Shown here piece by piece: positions 10,678 through 20,231 of a stretch of 46,152 nucleotides of DNA. The position numbers and the translations under genes were made by a program. The notes under the pieces were generated by a model. It worked only from the letters and a program-made list of their open reading frames with translations, was not told where the DNA came from and made no database searches. The DNA is taken from positions 1-46,152 of the forward strand of contig JAZSGJ010000108.1 in assembly GCA_045532675.1 (NCBI GenBank). Reading direction: 5' to 3'. Each line of letters starts with the position of its first letter. Position 1 is the stretch's first letter. Source of the stretch: Eubacteriales bacterium (GTDB lineage: Bacteria > Bacillota > Clostridia > Oscillospirales > CAG-272).

Positions 10678-10849
10678 GTTGTTTTTAAAAAATTGAGCAA
10701 CCGATTTGATAACGGAAAAAAGAGACTTCCGCTTCTATAAAAGCGATGTTTTTACATTCAGAATTTTGACGAAAATAAAAATATACAGATTATTTTCGTC
10801 GTACTGATTACGAATGCCGGGCGCGAGTATAACCGATAAAGGAAATTTA

Positions 10850-13261
10850 ATGATGCATGATCTGAAAAAACGATATTTCAAGGCAAGGGCGGCGCTTTTT
10901 GACAAGGTGTACGGAGAAAGGCTTAATCCCGAGCAATGCCGCGCCGTTTTCACAACACGCGGTCCTGTGCTCGTGCTTGCGGGAGCAGGTAGCGGAAAGA
11001 CGACCGTACTCGTTAACCGAATAGCCTATATAATAAAATACGGAAACGCTTATTTCGCTGATACTCCGGCGGAAAAGATAAGTTTGGATATGGTTTCTGC
11101 GCTTGAGGAGGCGAAAAATCTTCCGATTGATGAAATTGCGCAAATCCTGCCTGATTTTATATACGAGCCTTGCCCGCCGTGGCAGGTGCTTGCGATCACC
11201 TTTACAAATAAAGCTGCAAATGAGATAAAGACGCGACTCAACGCCACATTTCATGACGGAGAGCTTGCCGACTCGGTGTGGGCCGGCACGTTCCACTCGG
11301 TTTGCATGAGGATACTACGCAAATACGGGGAAAGACTCGGATACAGGGATGGATTTTCAATATACGACACCGACGATAAAAAAAGAATGCTCTCGATTTG
11401 TATGAAGGAGCTTTTTATCGATGAAAAGCATCTTGCGCTTAAGACTGTCGCAAACGCTATAAGCATGGCGAAGGACAGACTCGTCTCACCCGAAAACTTT
11501 GAGATAACGCATGACCCGAGAACAAAGGATATCTTCAATATATATAATCTATATCAAAAGAAGCTTATAGAATATAACGCGGTCGACTTTGACGATATTA
11601 TAATGAAAACCGTTGAGCTTCTTGAATCTGACAGCGAGGTCAGAGAATACTATCAGAATAAGTTCAGATACGTTCTCGTTGACGAATATCAGGATACTAA
11701 CTACGCGCAGTTTGTCCTGACAAAGATTTTGTCGGATAAATACCGCAATATAATGGTGGTCGGAGATGATGACCAGAGCATTTACCGATTCAGAGGCGCG
11801 ACGGTTGAGAATATACTCGGCTTTGATAAGACCTATCCCAACGCAACCGTAATCAAGCTTGAGCAGAATTACCGCTCGACAGAAAATATTCTGTCAGCAG
11901 CTAACGCGGTTATAAAAAACAACGACAAGCGGCATTCAAAGAAGCTTTGGTGCGACAAGGGTGTAGGAGAAAAAATAACCCTTCGCGAAGCTGTTGACCA
12001 GCATGACGAGGGTAAATACATAATCGATAAAATAAGTTCCGGAGTTCGCGTCGGTGGACGCAAGTATTCGGATTTTGCAATACTTTACAGAGTGAACGAG
12101 CTTGCGCGCGCACTTGAAACAAGCTTTGCAAAAAGCGGTATTCCGTATAAGATTTTAGGCTCATTGCGTTTCTATGACAGAAAAGAGATAAAGGATATCG
12201 CAGCTTACCTTACGATAATCAATTCTCCGTCGGATAATCTCCGTCTCAAAAGAGTAATAAACGAGCCAAAAAGAAAGATAGGCGCGGCAACCGTTGAGGC
12301 AGTTGAGTCTATTGCCGAGGGTGAGAATACTTCTATGTATCGGATAATGGAGAGGGCAGGCGAATATACCGCTCTTTCCAAAAGTGCAGATAAGCTTACC
12401 TCTTTCGTTCGCATGATAGAGAAAATCAAGCGCGAAAACAATCTGCCCTCAGCAATTATAACCTCTGTTTTTGAAGAAACGGGATATAAGGATATGCTTG
12501 CCGCCGAGGGCTTTGAGGGAGAGGGGAAGATAGCGAATGTAAACGAGTTCGTTACAGCAGCCCTCGAGTATGAAAACAGATGCGCCGATAACGGAACCGA
12601 GCCTACTCTCGCGGGATTTCTTGAGGAAGTCTCTCTTGTCAGCGATATAGATAAATATGACGAGAGCACCGATTCTGTTGTTCTTATGACGATTCACGCG
12701 GCTAAGGGACTTGAGTTTCCTGTTGTTTTCCTTGCGGGAATGGAGGACGGAATCTTTCCATCTCAGCAGAATATGGGAGAATCGGACGAAATGAGCGAGG
12801 AAAGACGACTTGCGTACGTAGCTATAACGAGAGCCAAAGAAAAGCTTTATATAACCTACGCAAAGAACAGAACTATGTACGGAAGAACGAATTACGGAAT
12901 GCTTTCGTGCTTCGTTCGCCAGGAGATTCCGCGCTCACTTATAGAGACCGACGGACCGAAGGTACCGCCGCCGCGAGCTCCGCTTTCATATAATCCGAGT
13001 ATGAGGAGACCATATCGCGAGCAGGTTTCAAGCGAATTTAACAGACGACCCGAGATAAATCAGACTCAAAGAAAGAGCGGCGCACAGAATTACGGTGTAG
13101 AAAAGCTATCTGTGGGAACGAGAGTTTTACACGCGATATTCGGTGAGGGTGTGATAATCTCCGCGCGTGATATGAGCGGAGATATGCTTTACGAGGTTAA
13201 ATTCGACACGGGCGTAATAAAAAAACTTATGGCAACATATGCAAAGCTTAAAAGAATATAA
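10850..13261 (+). CDS. pcrA: ATP-dependent DNA helicase, PcrA/UvrD family
   Basis: It has GAGSGKT (Walker A), the DEYQDTN motif, VGDDDQSIYRFRGA, and a C-terminal Tudor-like tail. The ATG at 10850 lies 6 nt after AAAGGA. Confidence 0.9.
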   Translation: MMHDLKKRYFKARAALFDKVYGERLNPEQCRAVFTTRGPVLVLAGAGSGKTTVLVNRIAYIIKYGNAYFADTPAEKISLDMVSALEEAKNLPIDEIAQILPDFIYEPCPPWQVLAITFTNKAANEIKTRLNATFHDGELADSVWAGTFHSVCMRILRKYGERLGYRDGFSIYDTDDKKRMLSICMKELFIDEKHLALKTVANAISMAKDRLVSPENFEITHDPRTKDIFNIYNLYQKKLIEYNAVDFDDIIMKTVELLESDSEVREYYQNKFRYVLVDEYQDTNYAQFVLTKILSDKYRNIMVVGDDDQSIYRFRGATVENILGFDKTYPNATVIKLEQNYRSTENILSAANAVIKNNDKRHSKKLWCDKGVGEKITLREAVDQHDEGKYIIDKISSGVRVGGRKYSDFAILYRVNELARALETSFAKSGIPYKILGSLRFYDRKEIKDIAAYLTIINSPSDNLRLKRVINEPKRKIGAATVEAVESIAEGENTSMYRIMERAGEYTALSKSADKLTSFVRMIEKIKRENNLPSAIITSVFEETGYKDMLAAEGFEGEGKIANVNEFVTAALEYENRCADNGTEPTLAGFLEEVSLVSDIDKYDESTDSVVLMTIHAAKGLEFPVVFLAGMEDGIFPSQQNMGESDEMSEERRLAYVAITRAKEKLYITYAKNRTMYGRTNYGMLSCFVRQEIPRSLIETDGPKVPPPRAPLSYNPSMRRPYREQVSSEFNRRPEINQTQRKSGAQNYGVEKLSVGTRVLHAIFGEGVIISARDMSGDMLYEVKFDTGVIKKLMATYAKLKRI

Positions 13262-13280
13262 AGAAAATAAGGAAATATAA

Positions 13281-13943
13281 ATGATAAAGTGCTGCATTTT
13301 TGATCTTGACGGAACTATACTTGATACTATCGGAAGTATTACCTATTTTGTAAATAAAACCTTCTCAGAGTACGGAATAGAGAATGTCACTGTTGACGAG
13401 TGTAAATATTTCGCGGGAAACGGAGCGAGAACTCTTATTAAAAGAGCTCTTGCCTCAAAGGGTGTAACAGATGATGCCCTTACCGAAAAAATCCTTGCCG
13501 ATTACGTTTTAGCTTACGATAACGAACCGCTTTATCTGACAACCGTGTTCGACGGGATTGACGGACTTCTTTCTGAGCTTCGCGCGAGGGGAGTTAAGCT
13601 TGCCGTGTTATCAAACAAGCCCGATTCAACCGTCAAAAGTATAGTAAATGACTTTTTTGGCGATGCCTTCGACATTGTTCTCGGTGGCAGAGACGGGGTA
13701 CCGCTCAAGCCAAATCCCGCAGCGGCTATTGATATAATTAACATGCTCGGATTTGCACCCGACGAGACCGCATGGGTCGGAGATACCTCGACTGATATAG
13801 AAACCGCAAAGAATCTTAAAGCCGCACTTTCCTTCGGTGTTCTTTGGGGATTCCGAAAGCGTGACGAGCTTGAAGGCGCAGGAGCTGACGTTATCGTTTC
13901 GTCGGCAGATGAGATACTGAGGGGGATAGCGGAATTTGATTAA
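13281..13943 (+). CDS. HAD-family hydrolase (phosphoglycolate phosphatase-like)
   Basis: DLDGTILDT (motif I), SNK (motif II) and GDTSTD (motif IV) are present. Confidence 0.8.
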   Translation: MIKCCIFDLDGTILDTIGSITYFVNKTFSEYGIENVTVDECKYFAGNGARTLIKRALASKGVTDDALTEKILADYVLAYDNEPLYLTTVFDGIDGLLSELRARGVKLAVLSNKPDSTVKSIVNDFFGDAFDIVLGGRDGVPLKPNPAAAIDIINMLGFAPDETAWVGDTSTDIETAKNLKAALSFGVLWGFRKRDELEGAGADVIVSSADEILRGIAEFD

Positions 13944-14415
13944 GAGGATAGTTTGCGCATTCGTCTCTTTGAGTATTATTCTTTCACTCGCTTCATGCGG
14001 CGGACCAAAATATAAGTACTGCGAGCTTGTGCTTCCGCTGAGCGAGGACTTTAAGAAAACAGAAAACGAAAATTTTGATGCGTCCTTTACAAACGGAAAA
14101 TCCGTTGTTGCCGTAGTCAGAATGTCCTTTGTTGCTGCGTATAACGAGGGAATACCCGAGACACTCACACCGCATGAATTCGGAAATTTTTGGGTCAGAA
14201 AATGCGGGCGTGATTCTGACGTGATAGGAGAGGACGGTGTCAGCTTCTGCACCTATTATGAAAAAGAAGGGGAGAAGGAGTATTTTTATCTTGAGTCTTT
14301 TCTCCGCTCGCACAGCGCCTATTTCGTAGTTCTCTTCGTGACGGCAAAAAGCAACGAAGAGGCAGGGCGTGCAGAATTTTTAGAGTATTCAAAAGAAATT
14401 TATTTCATTAAATAA
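13936..14415 (+). CDS. lipoprotein of unknown function
   Basis: The signal peptide has the lipobox LSLASC-GG. The TTG start overlaps the HAD stop. It is a paralogue of 14824..15330. Confidence 0.65.
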   Translation: MIKRIVCAFVSLSIILSLASCGGPKYKYCELVLPLSEDFKKTENENFDASFTNGKSVVAVVRMSFVAAYNEGIPETLTPHEFGNFWVRKCGRDSDVIGEDGVSFCTYYEKEGEKEYFYLESFLRSHSAYFVVLFVTAKSNEEAGRAEFLEYSKEIYFIK

Positions 14416-14430
14416 TATATAATACATTGG

Positions 14431-14827
14431 ATGACTTACGAAAAAGTCACTATTTGCGTTTTTGTTATTTCTTGTTAGCTTGACCGTTTTTGTTTCCTGC
14501 GGCGGTGGAGGCGGCGGTGATAAGTATTAGTACAGAGTTATGATCAGCGTTGACGGAGCGTTCAGCGAGGGATGCGCCGAAGAGATAATACCTACCGAGG
14601 GCACTAATATAAGAGCCTTCTCAAGCTTCGCGTTTAACGGATACGCGGATCTTCGCTCCCTTTCGATATATTATCCAACGGCCGAGGACATAATGCCTGC
14701 CGATTTTGCGGGAATGAGAGCCGATTTCAAGATTCATATACCGCCCGAGTCAACTTATGATAACGACTACAATCGGGGTCCGCTCAGCGCAAACGGTATA
14801 GATTACGTAAAGGATGATGTAAAATGA
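14431..14827 (+). pseudogene. decayed lipoprotein gene (frameshift plus in-frame stop)
   Basis: ATG 14431 opens a signal-peptide-like ORF that stops at 14476..14478. The +1 frame continues as LTVFVSCGGGGGGDKY (lipobox). A TAG at 14528..14530 follows, and the same frame then gives the 95-aa ORF 14540..14827. Confidence 0.45.
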
Positions 14828-15330
14828 AAAGAATTTTAAAAAATTTGTTTTTTATCACTTTGATATTTGCAACTTTGCTTACCTCTGTTTCATGTTCCGG
14901 AAGCAACGGAATAAAAAAATATCACGAGAACGGACTTCATTTCTCTCTGCCGAAGGATATGAGAAAGCTCAGTGTAAGCTACGCTGACCTTTGCTACGGA
15001 AATGATGATTTCACTCAGTTTTTCATTTATTTTTACTCAAAGGATTCTCTCCTTACCGACCTTGCTCTTGAAAAAGAGGCAACCGTAAAAGAGTACGCCG
15101 ATTGGTTTGTCGGTATGAACGGTTATACCGATGTTGAAGAAAATTACGATGAGGCGAATAAGGTTATAGTTCTCAAGTACGTTTACGAGGATGAGGCTGA
15201 CTTTTATTGCGATTATATAACGAGGAACGAGCACGCGCTTTTCCACGTAACCATGTGCTGTAAGGAAGAGCTAAGAGAAAAGTACGAGCCAATGTTTGAC
15301 GAGTGGATGAAGTTTATATCGGTCGATTGA
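14824..15330 (+). CDS. lipoprotein of unknown function
   Basis: The lipobox is LLTSVSC-SG. An ATGA overlap joins it to the preceding ORF. Confidence 0.7.
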   Translation: MKRILKNLFFITLIFATLLTSVSCSGSNGIKKYHENGLHFSLPKDMRKLSVSYADLCYGNDDFTQFFIYFYSKDSLLTDLALEKEATVKEYADWFVGMNGYTDVEENYDEANKVIVLKYVYEDEADFYCDYITRNEHALFHVTMCCKEELREKYEPMFDEWMKFISVD

Positions 15331-15331
15331 G

Positions 15332-15360
15332 TTGACAAACAGTTTTTAAAATGGTATAAT
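15332..15360 (+). promoter_or_regulatory. consensus sigma-A promoter for serC
   Basis: TTGACA (15332..15337), a 17-bp spacer, then TATAAT (15355..15360). Confidence 0.6.
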
Positions 15361-15393
15361 TAAGCATATAAACCGAAAGGCTGACGTGACAGT

Positions 15394-16494
15394 ATGGAAA
15401 GAATATATAATTTTTCACAAGGACCTGCTATGCTTCCGGAGGAGGTAATAGAATCTGCAAAAGCGGAATTCTTCAATTATTGCGGAACGGGTGTTCCGGT
15501 GATGGAAATAACTCGCGCAAATCCGTATTACTCTGAAATTGTCAGAGGGGCAGAGGCTTCTTTGCGTGAGCTTATGAATATTCCGCAAAACTATAAAATA
15601 ATGTTTCTTGCGGGCGGAGCCGATTCGCAGTATTCCGCAATCCCGCTGAACCTTCTCTCCGAGCATAAGTGCGCCGACTACGTTATATCTGGGCAGCTTT
15701 CAAAAAACGCATCTCTCGAGGCAAAAAAATACGGTGATATTGCTATTGCCGCGTCAAGCGCAGGTGCAATCCCTGCTTTTTCAACCGTGCCCGAAACGAA
15801 ACGAAGCGATTTCAGACCCGATGCGGATTACGTGCATATATGCTTTAATAATACGGTTTACGGAACAAAATTTCATTATATTCCCGATTCGGGGAATATA
15901 CCTCTTATTGCTGATATGTCATCGTTCATTCTTTCGGAGCCGATCGATGTATCGAAATTCGCTTTAATATACGCTGATGCCGGATGCTCGCTCGGTATCC
16001 CGGGTCTTACCGTCGTTATAATAAGAGATGACCTTATAGGCGGCGCGCGTAGGGACACTCCAACAATTATAAATTACAAAGCGCTGTTCGACGGCAAATT
16101 TTCGGCAAATACAGCCCCGATATCAGCTGTTTATCTTGCAAAGCTTGTGTTTGACTCGATAATTTTCATAGGCGGCCTTGAGGAAATGAAACGCCGTAAT
16201 GAGCGCAAAGCAAGTCTTATTTACGATTATCTTGACAGTCAGTCATACTATACGGCTCCGGTTGATAGAAAATGCCGTTCAATGATGAATATTGTTTTCA
16301 TGATCGGAGACGCTTCGCTTGACAGGAAATTCGCAGAGGAGGCAAAGGCTCTTGGCCTTGAAAACCTTGGCGGTCACAGTGCTGTCGGAGGTATGTGCGC
16401 ATCTCTCTATAATTCAATGCCGACCGAGGGTGTTGAAAAGCTCGTCGGATTTATGAAAAAATTCGCGCAGGAGAATCCGAGGCTCGACGGATAA
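15394..16494 (+). CDS. serC: 3-phosphoserine aminotransferase
   Basis: 366 aa. The N-terminus YNFSQGPAMLPEEV is canonical for SerC. Confidence 0.9.
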   Translation: MERIYNFSQGPAMLPEEVIESAKAEFFNYCGTGVPVMEITRANPYYSEIVRGAEASLRELMNIPQNYKIMFLAGGADSQYSAIPLNLLSEHKCADYVISGQLSKNASLEAKKYGDIAIAASSAGAIPAFSTVPETKRSDFRPDADYVHICFNNTVYGTKFHYIPDSGNIPLIADMSSFILSEPIDVSKFALIYADAGCSLGIPGLTVVIIRDDLIGGARRDTPTIINYKALFDGKFSANTAPISAVYLAKLVFDSIIFIGGLEEMKRRNERKASLIYDYLDSQSYYTAPVDRKCRSMMNIVFMIGDASLDRKFAEEAKALGLENLGGHSAVGGMCASLYNSMPTEGVEKLVGFMKKFAQENPRLDG

Positions 16495-16515
16495 CAACAA
16501 ATAAAAAAATAAATC

Positions 16516-16561
16516 GAAAACGCGATGTATTTCTTATTTTTGAAGCACAGCGCGTTTTTTG
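16516..16561 (+). terminator. intrinsic terminator after serC
   Basis: A ~17-bp imperfect stem (gaaaacgcgatgtatttc with gaagcacagcgcgtttt) is followed by TTTTTT. Confidence 0.6.
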
Positions 16562-16617
16562 TATTTTATATATAAATAGCCTATATAATATTCTATAAAT
16601 TATGTAGAAAATAAAAT

Positions 16618-16646
16618 TTGATTTTTTTTAAAAGATGTGATATAAT
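16618..16646 (+). promoter_or_regulatory. sigma-A promoter (extended -10) for typA
   Basis: TTGATT (16618..16623), a 17-bp spacer ending in TGa, then TATAAT (16641..16646). Confidence 0.55.
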
Positions 16647-16693
16647 ATTTAAGTTAAGAATTTTTGACTAAATAATAAAGTAGAGGAAAGAAA

Positions 16694-18538
16694 ATGAAGC
16701 GTACCGATCTCAGAAACATTGCTATTATTGCTCACGTTGACCATGGAAAGACCACTCTTGTTGACGAGATGCTTCGCCAGGGCGGTATCTACCGCGAAAA
16801 TCAGGAAATGGCAGAGCGCGTTATGGACTCGAATGATCTTGAGCGTGAGCGCGGAATAACCATACTTGCAAAAAACACGGCTATATACTACAAGGACGTA
16901 AAAATTAACGTCGTAGACACTCCGGGTCACGCCGGTTTCGGTGGAGAGGTTGAGCGTATACTCAAAATGGTAAACGGTGTTATACTTTTGGTTGACGCGG
17001 CAGAGGGCCCAATGCCTCAAACACGTTTCGTGCTTGAAAAAGCACTTTCAATGAATCACAGAGTAATTGTCGTAGTCAATAAAATTGACCGTCCCGATGC
17101 ACGTCTTGACGAGATAGGCGACGAGGTTCTTGAGCTTCTTCTTGTTCTTAACGCGACTAACGAGCAGCTCGATTCTCCCATGCTTTTCTGCTCGGGAAGA
17201 GCGGGAACCGCTTCTCTTGACCCGCATACGCCGGGTAAGGATCTTACCCCTCTTCTTGATACAATTCTTGAATATATGCCTGCGCCGGAGGGTGAAGAGG
17301 ACGATCCGTTGCAGCTTCTCGTTTCTTCTATTGACTATAATGAATTCGTCGGTAGAATCGGTATCGGCCGCATTGAGCGCGGAACAATAAAGCAGGGGCA
17401 GGGCGTCGTTATATGCAACTACCACGATAAGGACGGAAAAGCCCGCCCGGCAAAGATAGTTTCCGTATATCAGTTTGACGGACTTAAAAGAATGCAGGTT
17501 AGCGAGGCGCGTGTCGGAGATATCGTCTGCTTCTCCGGCTGCGAGGATATCTCAATAGGTGACACGGTATGTTCTCCGGCAAAGGCTGAGTCGCTTGAGT
17601 TTGTTAAGGTAGGTGAGCCTACGATGGAAATGACCTTCTCGGTAAACGATTCCCCCTTTGCAGGAAAAGAAGGCAAATTCGTAACCTCCCGCCATCTTCG
17701 CTCGAGGCTTTATAGGGAGCTTCTGCGCGACGTTTCTCTTCGCGTCTCTGACGGTGAAACAACGGATAGCTTCCGCGTTGCCGGAAGAGGAGAAATGCAC
17801 CTTTCCATTCTTATTGAAAATATGCGCCGCGAGGGATATGAGCTTTGCTGCTCAAACCCCAGAGTGCTTTATAAGGAAATAGACGGAGTTAAGTGTGAGC
17901 CTATTGAGGATGTAATAATTGACGTTCCCGAGGAATATCTCGGAGCTGTAATGGAAAAGCTTGGCGCAAGAAAGGGAACACTTGTTGATATGCAGCTTAA
18001 CGGCAATCGCCAGAAGCTCTTCTACTCGATTCCCACAAGATGCCTTTTCGGTTACAGAAGCGAGCTTCTCACGGATACGAGAGGAGAGGGAATTATTTCG
18101 ACTCTTTTCGCTGGATATGAGCCGTTCAGAGGTGAGATAAAAACACGATTTACGTCATCTCTCGTTGCGTCGGAAACAGGAACTTCAACCACTTACGGTC
18201 TTTTTCAGGCTCAGGACAGGGGACCTCTCTTTATCGGTCCTGCAACACCCGTTTACGAGGGTATGATAGTAGGCGAAAACCCGAAGCCGGACGATATAGA
18301 GGTTAACGTTTGCCGCGAAAAGCATCTCACGGCTATCCGCTCATCCGGAGCCGATGAAAAGCTTACTCTTATAACACCGGTTCAGCTCTCTCTCGAAGAG
18401 GCCATCGAGTTTATATGCGAGGACGAGCTTATAGAGGTAACGCCCAAGAGTATAAGACTCAGAAAGGTAGTGCTCGACACTCCTTCAAGAAAAAGAATAC
18501 AGGCTCATAAGCGAGCTGCGCTTAAAGAAAGTAAATAA
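16694..18538 (+). CDS. typA: translational GTPase TypA/BipA
   Basis: RNIAIIAHVDHGKTTLVD, DTPGHADF-like and NKIDR G-motifs are present. The length of 614 aa is typical of BipA. Confidence 0.95.
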   Translation: MKRTDLRNIAIIAHVDHGKTTLVDEMLRQGGIYRENQEMAERVMDSNDLERERGITILAKNTAIYYKDVKINVVDTPGHAGFGGEVERILKMVNGVILLVDAAEGPMPQTRFVLEKALSMNHRVIVVVNKIDRPDARLDEIGDEVLELLLVLNATNEQLDSPMLFCSGRAGTASLDPHTPGKDLTPLLDTILEYMPAPEGEEDDPLQLLVSSIDYNEFVGRIGIGRIERGTIKQGQGVVICNYHDKDGKARPAKIVSVYQFDGLKRMQVSEARVGDIVCFSGCEDISIGDTVCSPAKAESLEFVKVGEPTMEMTFSVNDSPFAGKEGKFVTSRHLRSRLYRELLRDVSLRVSDGETTDSFRVAGRGEMHLSILIENMRREGYELCCSNPRVLYKEIDGVKCEPIEDVIIDVPEEYLGAVMEKLGARKGTLVDMQLNGNRQKLFYSIPTRCLFGYRSELLTDTRGEGIISTLFAGYEPFRGEIKTRFTSSLVASETGTSTTYGLFQAQDRGPLFIGPATPVYEGMIVGENPKPDDIEVNVCREKHLTAIRSSGADEKLTLITPVQLSLEEAIEFICEDELIEVTPKSIRLRKVVLDTPSRKRIQAHKRAALKESK

Positions 18539-18556
18539 ATGCATCAGCGTAAAAAT

Positions 18557-18586
18557 CGGAGATATAACAGCGTATCTCCGTTTTTT
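18557..18586. terminator. intrinsic terminator between typA and the convergent flippase gene
   Basis: The stem is cggagata (18557..18564) with tatctccg (18573..18580). TTTTTT follows and an A-run precedes it. Confidence 0.75.
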
Positions 18587-18593
18587 CATATTA

Positions 18594-19985
18594 TTATAAA
18601 AGAAGATTTTTGCATGCTTTTATATCGGGCGCAAAAATAAAAATGAAGGCAATAAGCAGAATAATTCTTGAGAACAGAACCTCTCTTAAACAATATAAAA
18701 GAGGCACGAATAAAACGAGAAGAATTATATTTTTTGTTAGTGTACGCATGCCGATTATGTTTTCACCGAGTAGTTTTTTTGATGATGACAGATTAAGCGA
18801 AAAAATCAGGAAATACGATATAAAAGTGCTACACGCTCCCCCTATATAGCCGAAATTCCCTATAAGTACAAGCGATAGAGCAATAGACAGTATTGCAGAG
18901 AAAAGCGAGTTGCTTAACAAAAGACGCGGCTTGTTGAAATGAAGAATTACACTTGTGAAAAGAGAAGAAAGAAAAGAGAAAATCACAGAGGCCGAAACCG
19001 GATAAATAACCGAAAGAGAGTCTTTGTATTCCATAGGTGCTAAAATACCGAAAATTTCGGGTACGGCGGTGAGAAAAACGAGCGTCATGGCGCATATGGC
19101 ACTCATAGACGCGCTGACAGAATTTCTGATTTTTTTGGTTTCGTATGATTTTAATTTGCGTATTATCCAAGGGGAGAATCCGAGTGCCAGACCGCCCGTC
19201 ATAAGTGAAAGCATGTACCCCATGGAATAGGCGACGGAGTATTTTCCGACGGCTGCAGAGCCAAGCATTTTAGCAATTATTATTTTATCGTTTTGCGCTA
19301 TAACCGAGAGCGAAAGATAGTAGGGTAACATAGGCAGACAAACCGATACCAGAAATTTCCATACCTGCGGCGAGTAAAGTCTCCTGCCTTTTTTCAAAAG
19401 CTCAAGAATTATCGGAAGTGTGAAAAGAGCGCTTACCGTAAGCGGTGCGATTATACGGGCGACGCCTCCTGCACCTACCCGTATCATAACAAGGGCGAGT
19501 ATCGGAGATAAAATTCCGCTTACCGTGTTTATCAGCGTCACAGGCTTATAATTGTAAGAATATCTTTTTTTTGCAAAATACAGCCCCTCTGTTGAGTTGA
19601 TGAATATCTGAATCAGAAGTAATACCGTAAGCGTTGTGGACAGGGACGTTGCACTGTTAATCAAGCCGCTGAATATTATATATAGCGCGAATGCCGATGC
19701 GCTGAGAAAAATCTGAAATCCGAGAGCGCAGGAGAGAAACGTATCCCCTTTTTCACCTTCGAATTTGTTAAGTCCGAGATAAGCGGCATTTCCGGAAATT
19801 TCAAGAGTTGTTATGACCGTGAATATTCCCATATAACTTGTGTAAAGCGAGTAAATTCCGTATTCTTGAGGCGATAGCGCGCGTGTAAATATCGGTGTGA
19901 AAATAAAGGTTGCCCCTCGTGATATAATATTTGCAAGAGAATACCACAGAGACGCTGTGGCGGGCAGATTTATTTTCGGAAGCAT
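18594..19985 (-). CDS. MOP-superfamily oligosaccharide/polysaccharide flippase (Wzx-like)
   Basis: About 12-14 TM segments. The N-terminus LWYSLANIISRGATFIFTPIFTRAL is typical of polysaccharide biosynthesis flippases. The ATG at 19985 was chosen. The 53 upstream codons of ORF 18594..20144 are AT-rich and atypical. Confidence 0.7.
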   Translation of the reverse strand: MLPKINLPATASLWYSLANIISRGATFIFTPIFTRALSPQEYGIYSLYTSYMGIFTVITTLEISGNAAYLGLNKFEGEKGDTFLSCALGFQIFLSASAFALYIIFSGLINSATSLSTTLTVLLLIQIFINSTEGLYFAKKRYSYNYKPVTLINTVSGILSPILALVMIRVGAGGVARIIAPLTVSALFTLPIILELLKKGRRLYSPQVWKFLVSVCLPMLPYYLSLSVIAQNDKIIIAKMLGSAAVGKYSVAYSMGYMLSLMTGGLALGFSPWIIRKLKSYETKKIRNSVSASMSAICAMTLVFLTAVPEIFGILAPMEYKDSLSVIYPVSASVIFSFLSSLFTSVILHFNKPRLLLSNSLFSAILSIALSLVLIGNFGYIGGACSTFISYFLIFSLNLSSSKKLLGENIIGMRTLTKNIILLVLFVPLLYCLREVLFSRIILLIAFIFIFAPDIKACKNLLL

Positions 19986-20171
19986 TTTCTTTTTCGTAAT
20001 CAATTTTATTTGCCCTTTTCTTTTTTTATAGTTTGCCCAGAATTTATGATAAAAACAGACATAAACAAATATTGTGTGAAACGATTTTATTACAAATGCT
20101 TCATTTTTTGCTAATTTACGGTTTCTTTTCCATGTAATATGCAAGAAATTTCAAAAAACTTGCAATAGCTC

Positions 20172-20200
20172 TTGATTTTGTTTTTAAATTATGATAGAAT
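20172..20200 (+). promoter_or_regulatory. sigma-A promoter for gdhA
   Basis: TTGATT (20172..20177), a 17-bp spacer ending in TGa, then TAGAAT (20195..20200). Confidence 0.5.
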
Positions 20201-20231
20201 TTACATATATTTTATTTGGAGGATTAAATTA

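Noticed and set aside
10401-10696. Small ORFs of 61-73 aa on both strands in the ygiQ-pcrA gap.
   Set aside because: They are mutually overlapping and rich in Phe/Lys/Asn from AT-rich sequence. None has an RBS, and they are built around the repeated 9-mers.
10385-10849. Chromosomal origin of replication (oriC).
   Set aside because: There are only three DnaA-box-like sites, no dnaA, dnaN or rpmH nearby, and no obvious AT-rich unwinding element with 13-mer repeats. It is kept only as a DnaA-box cluster candidate.
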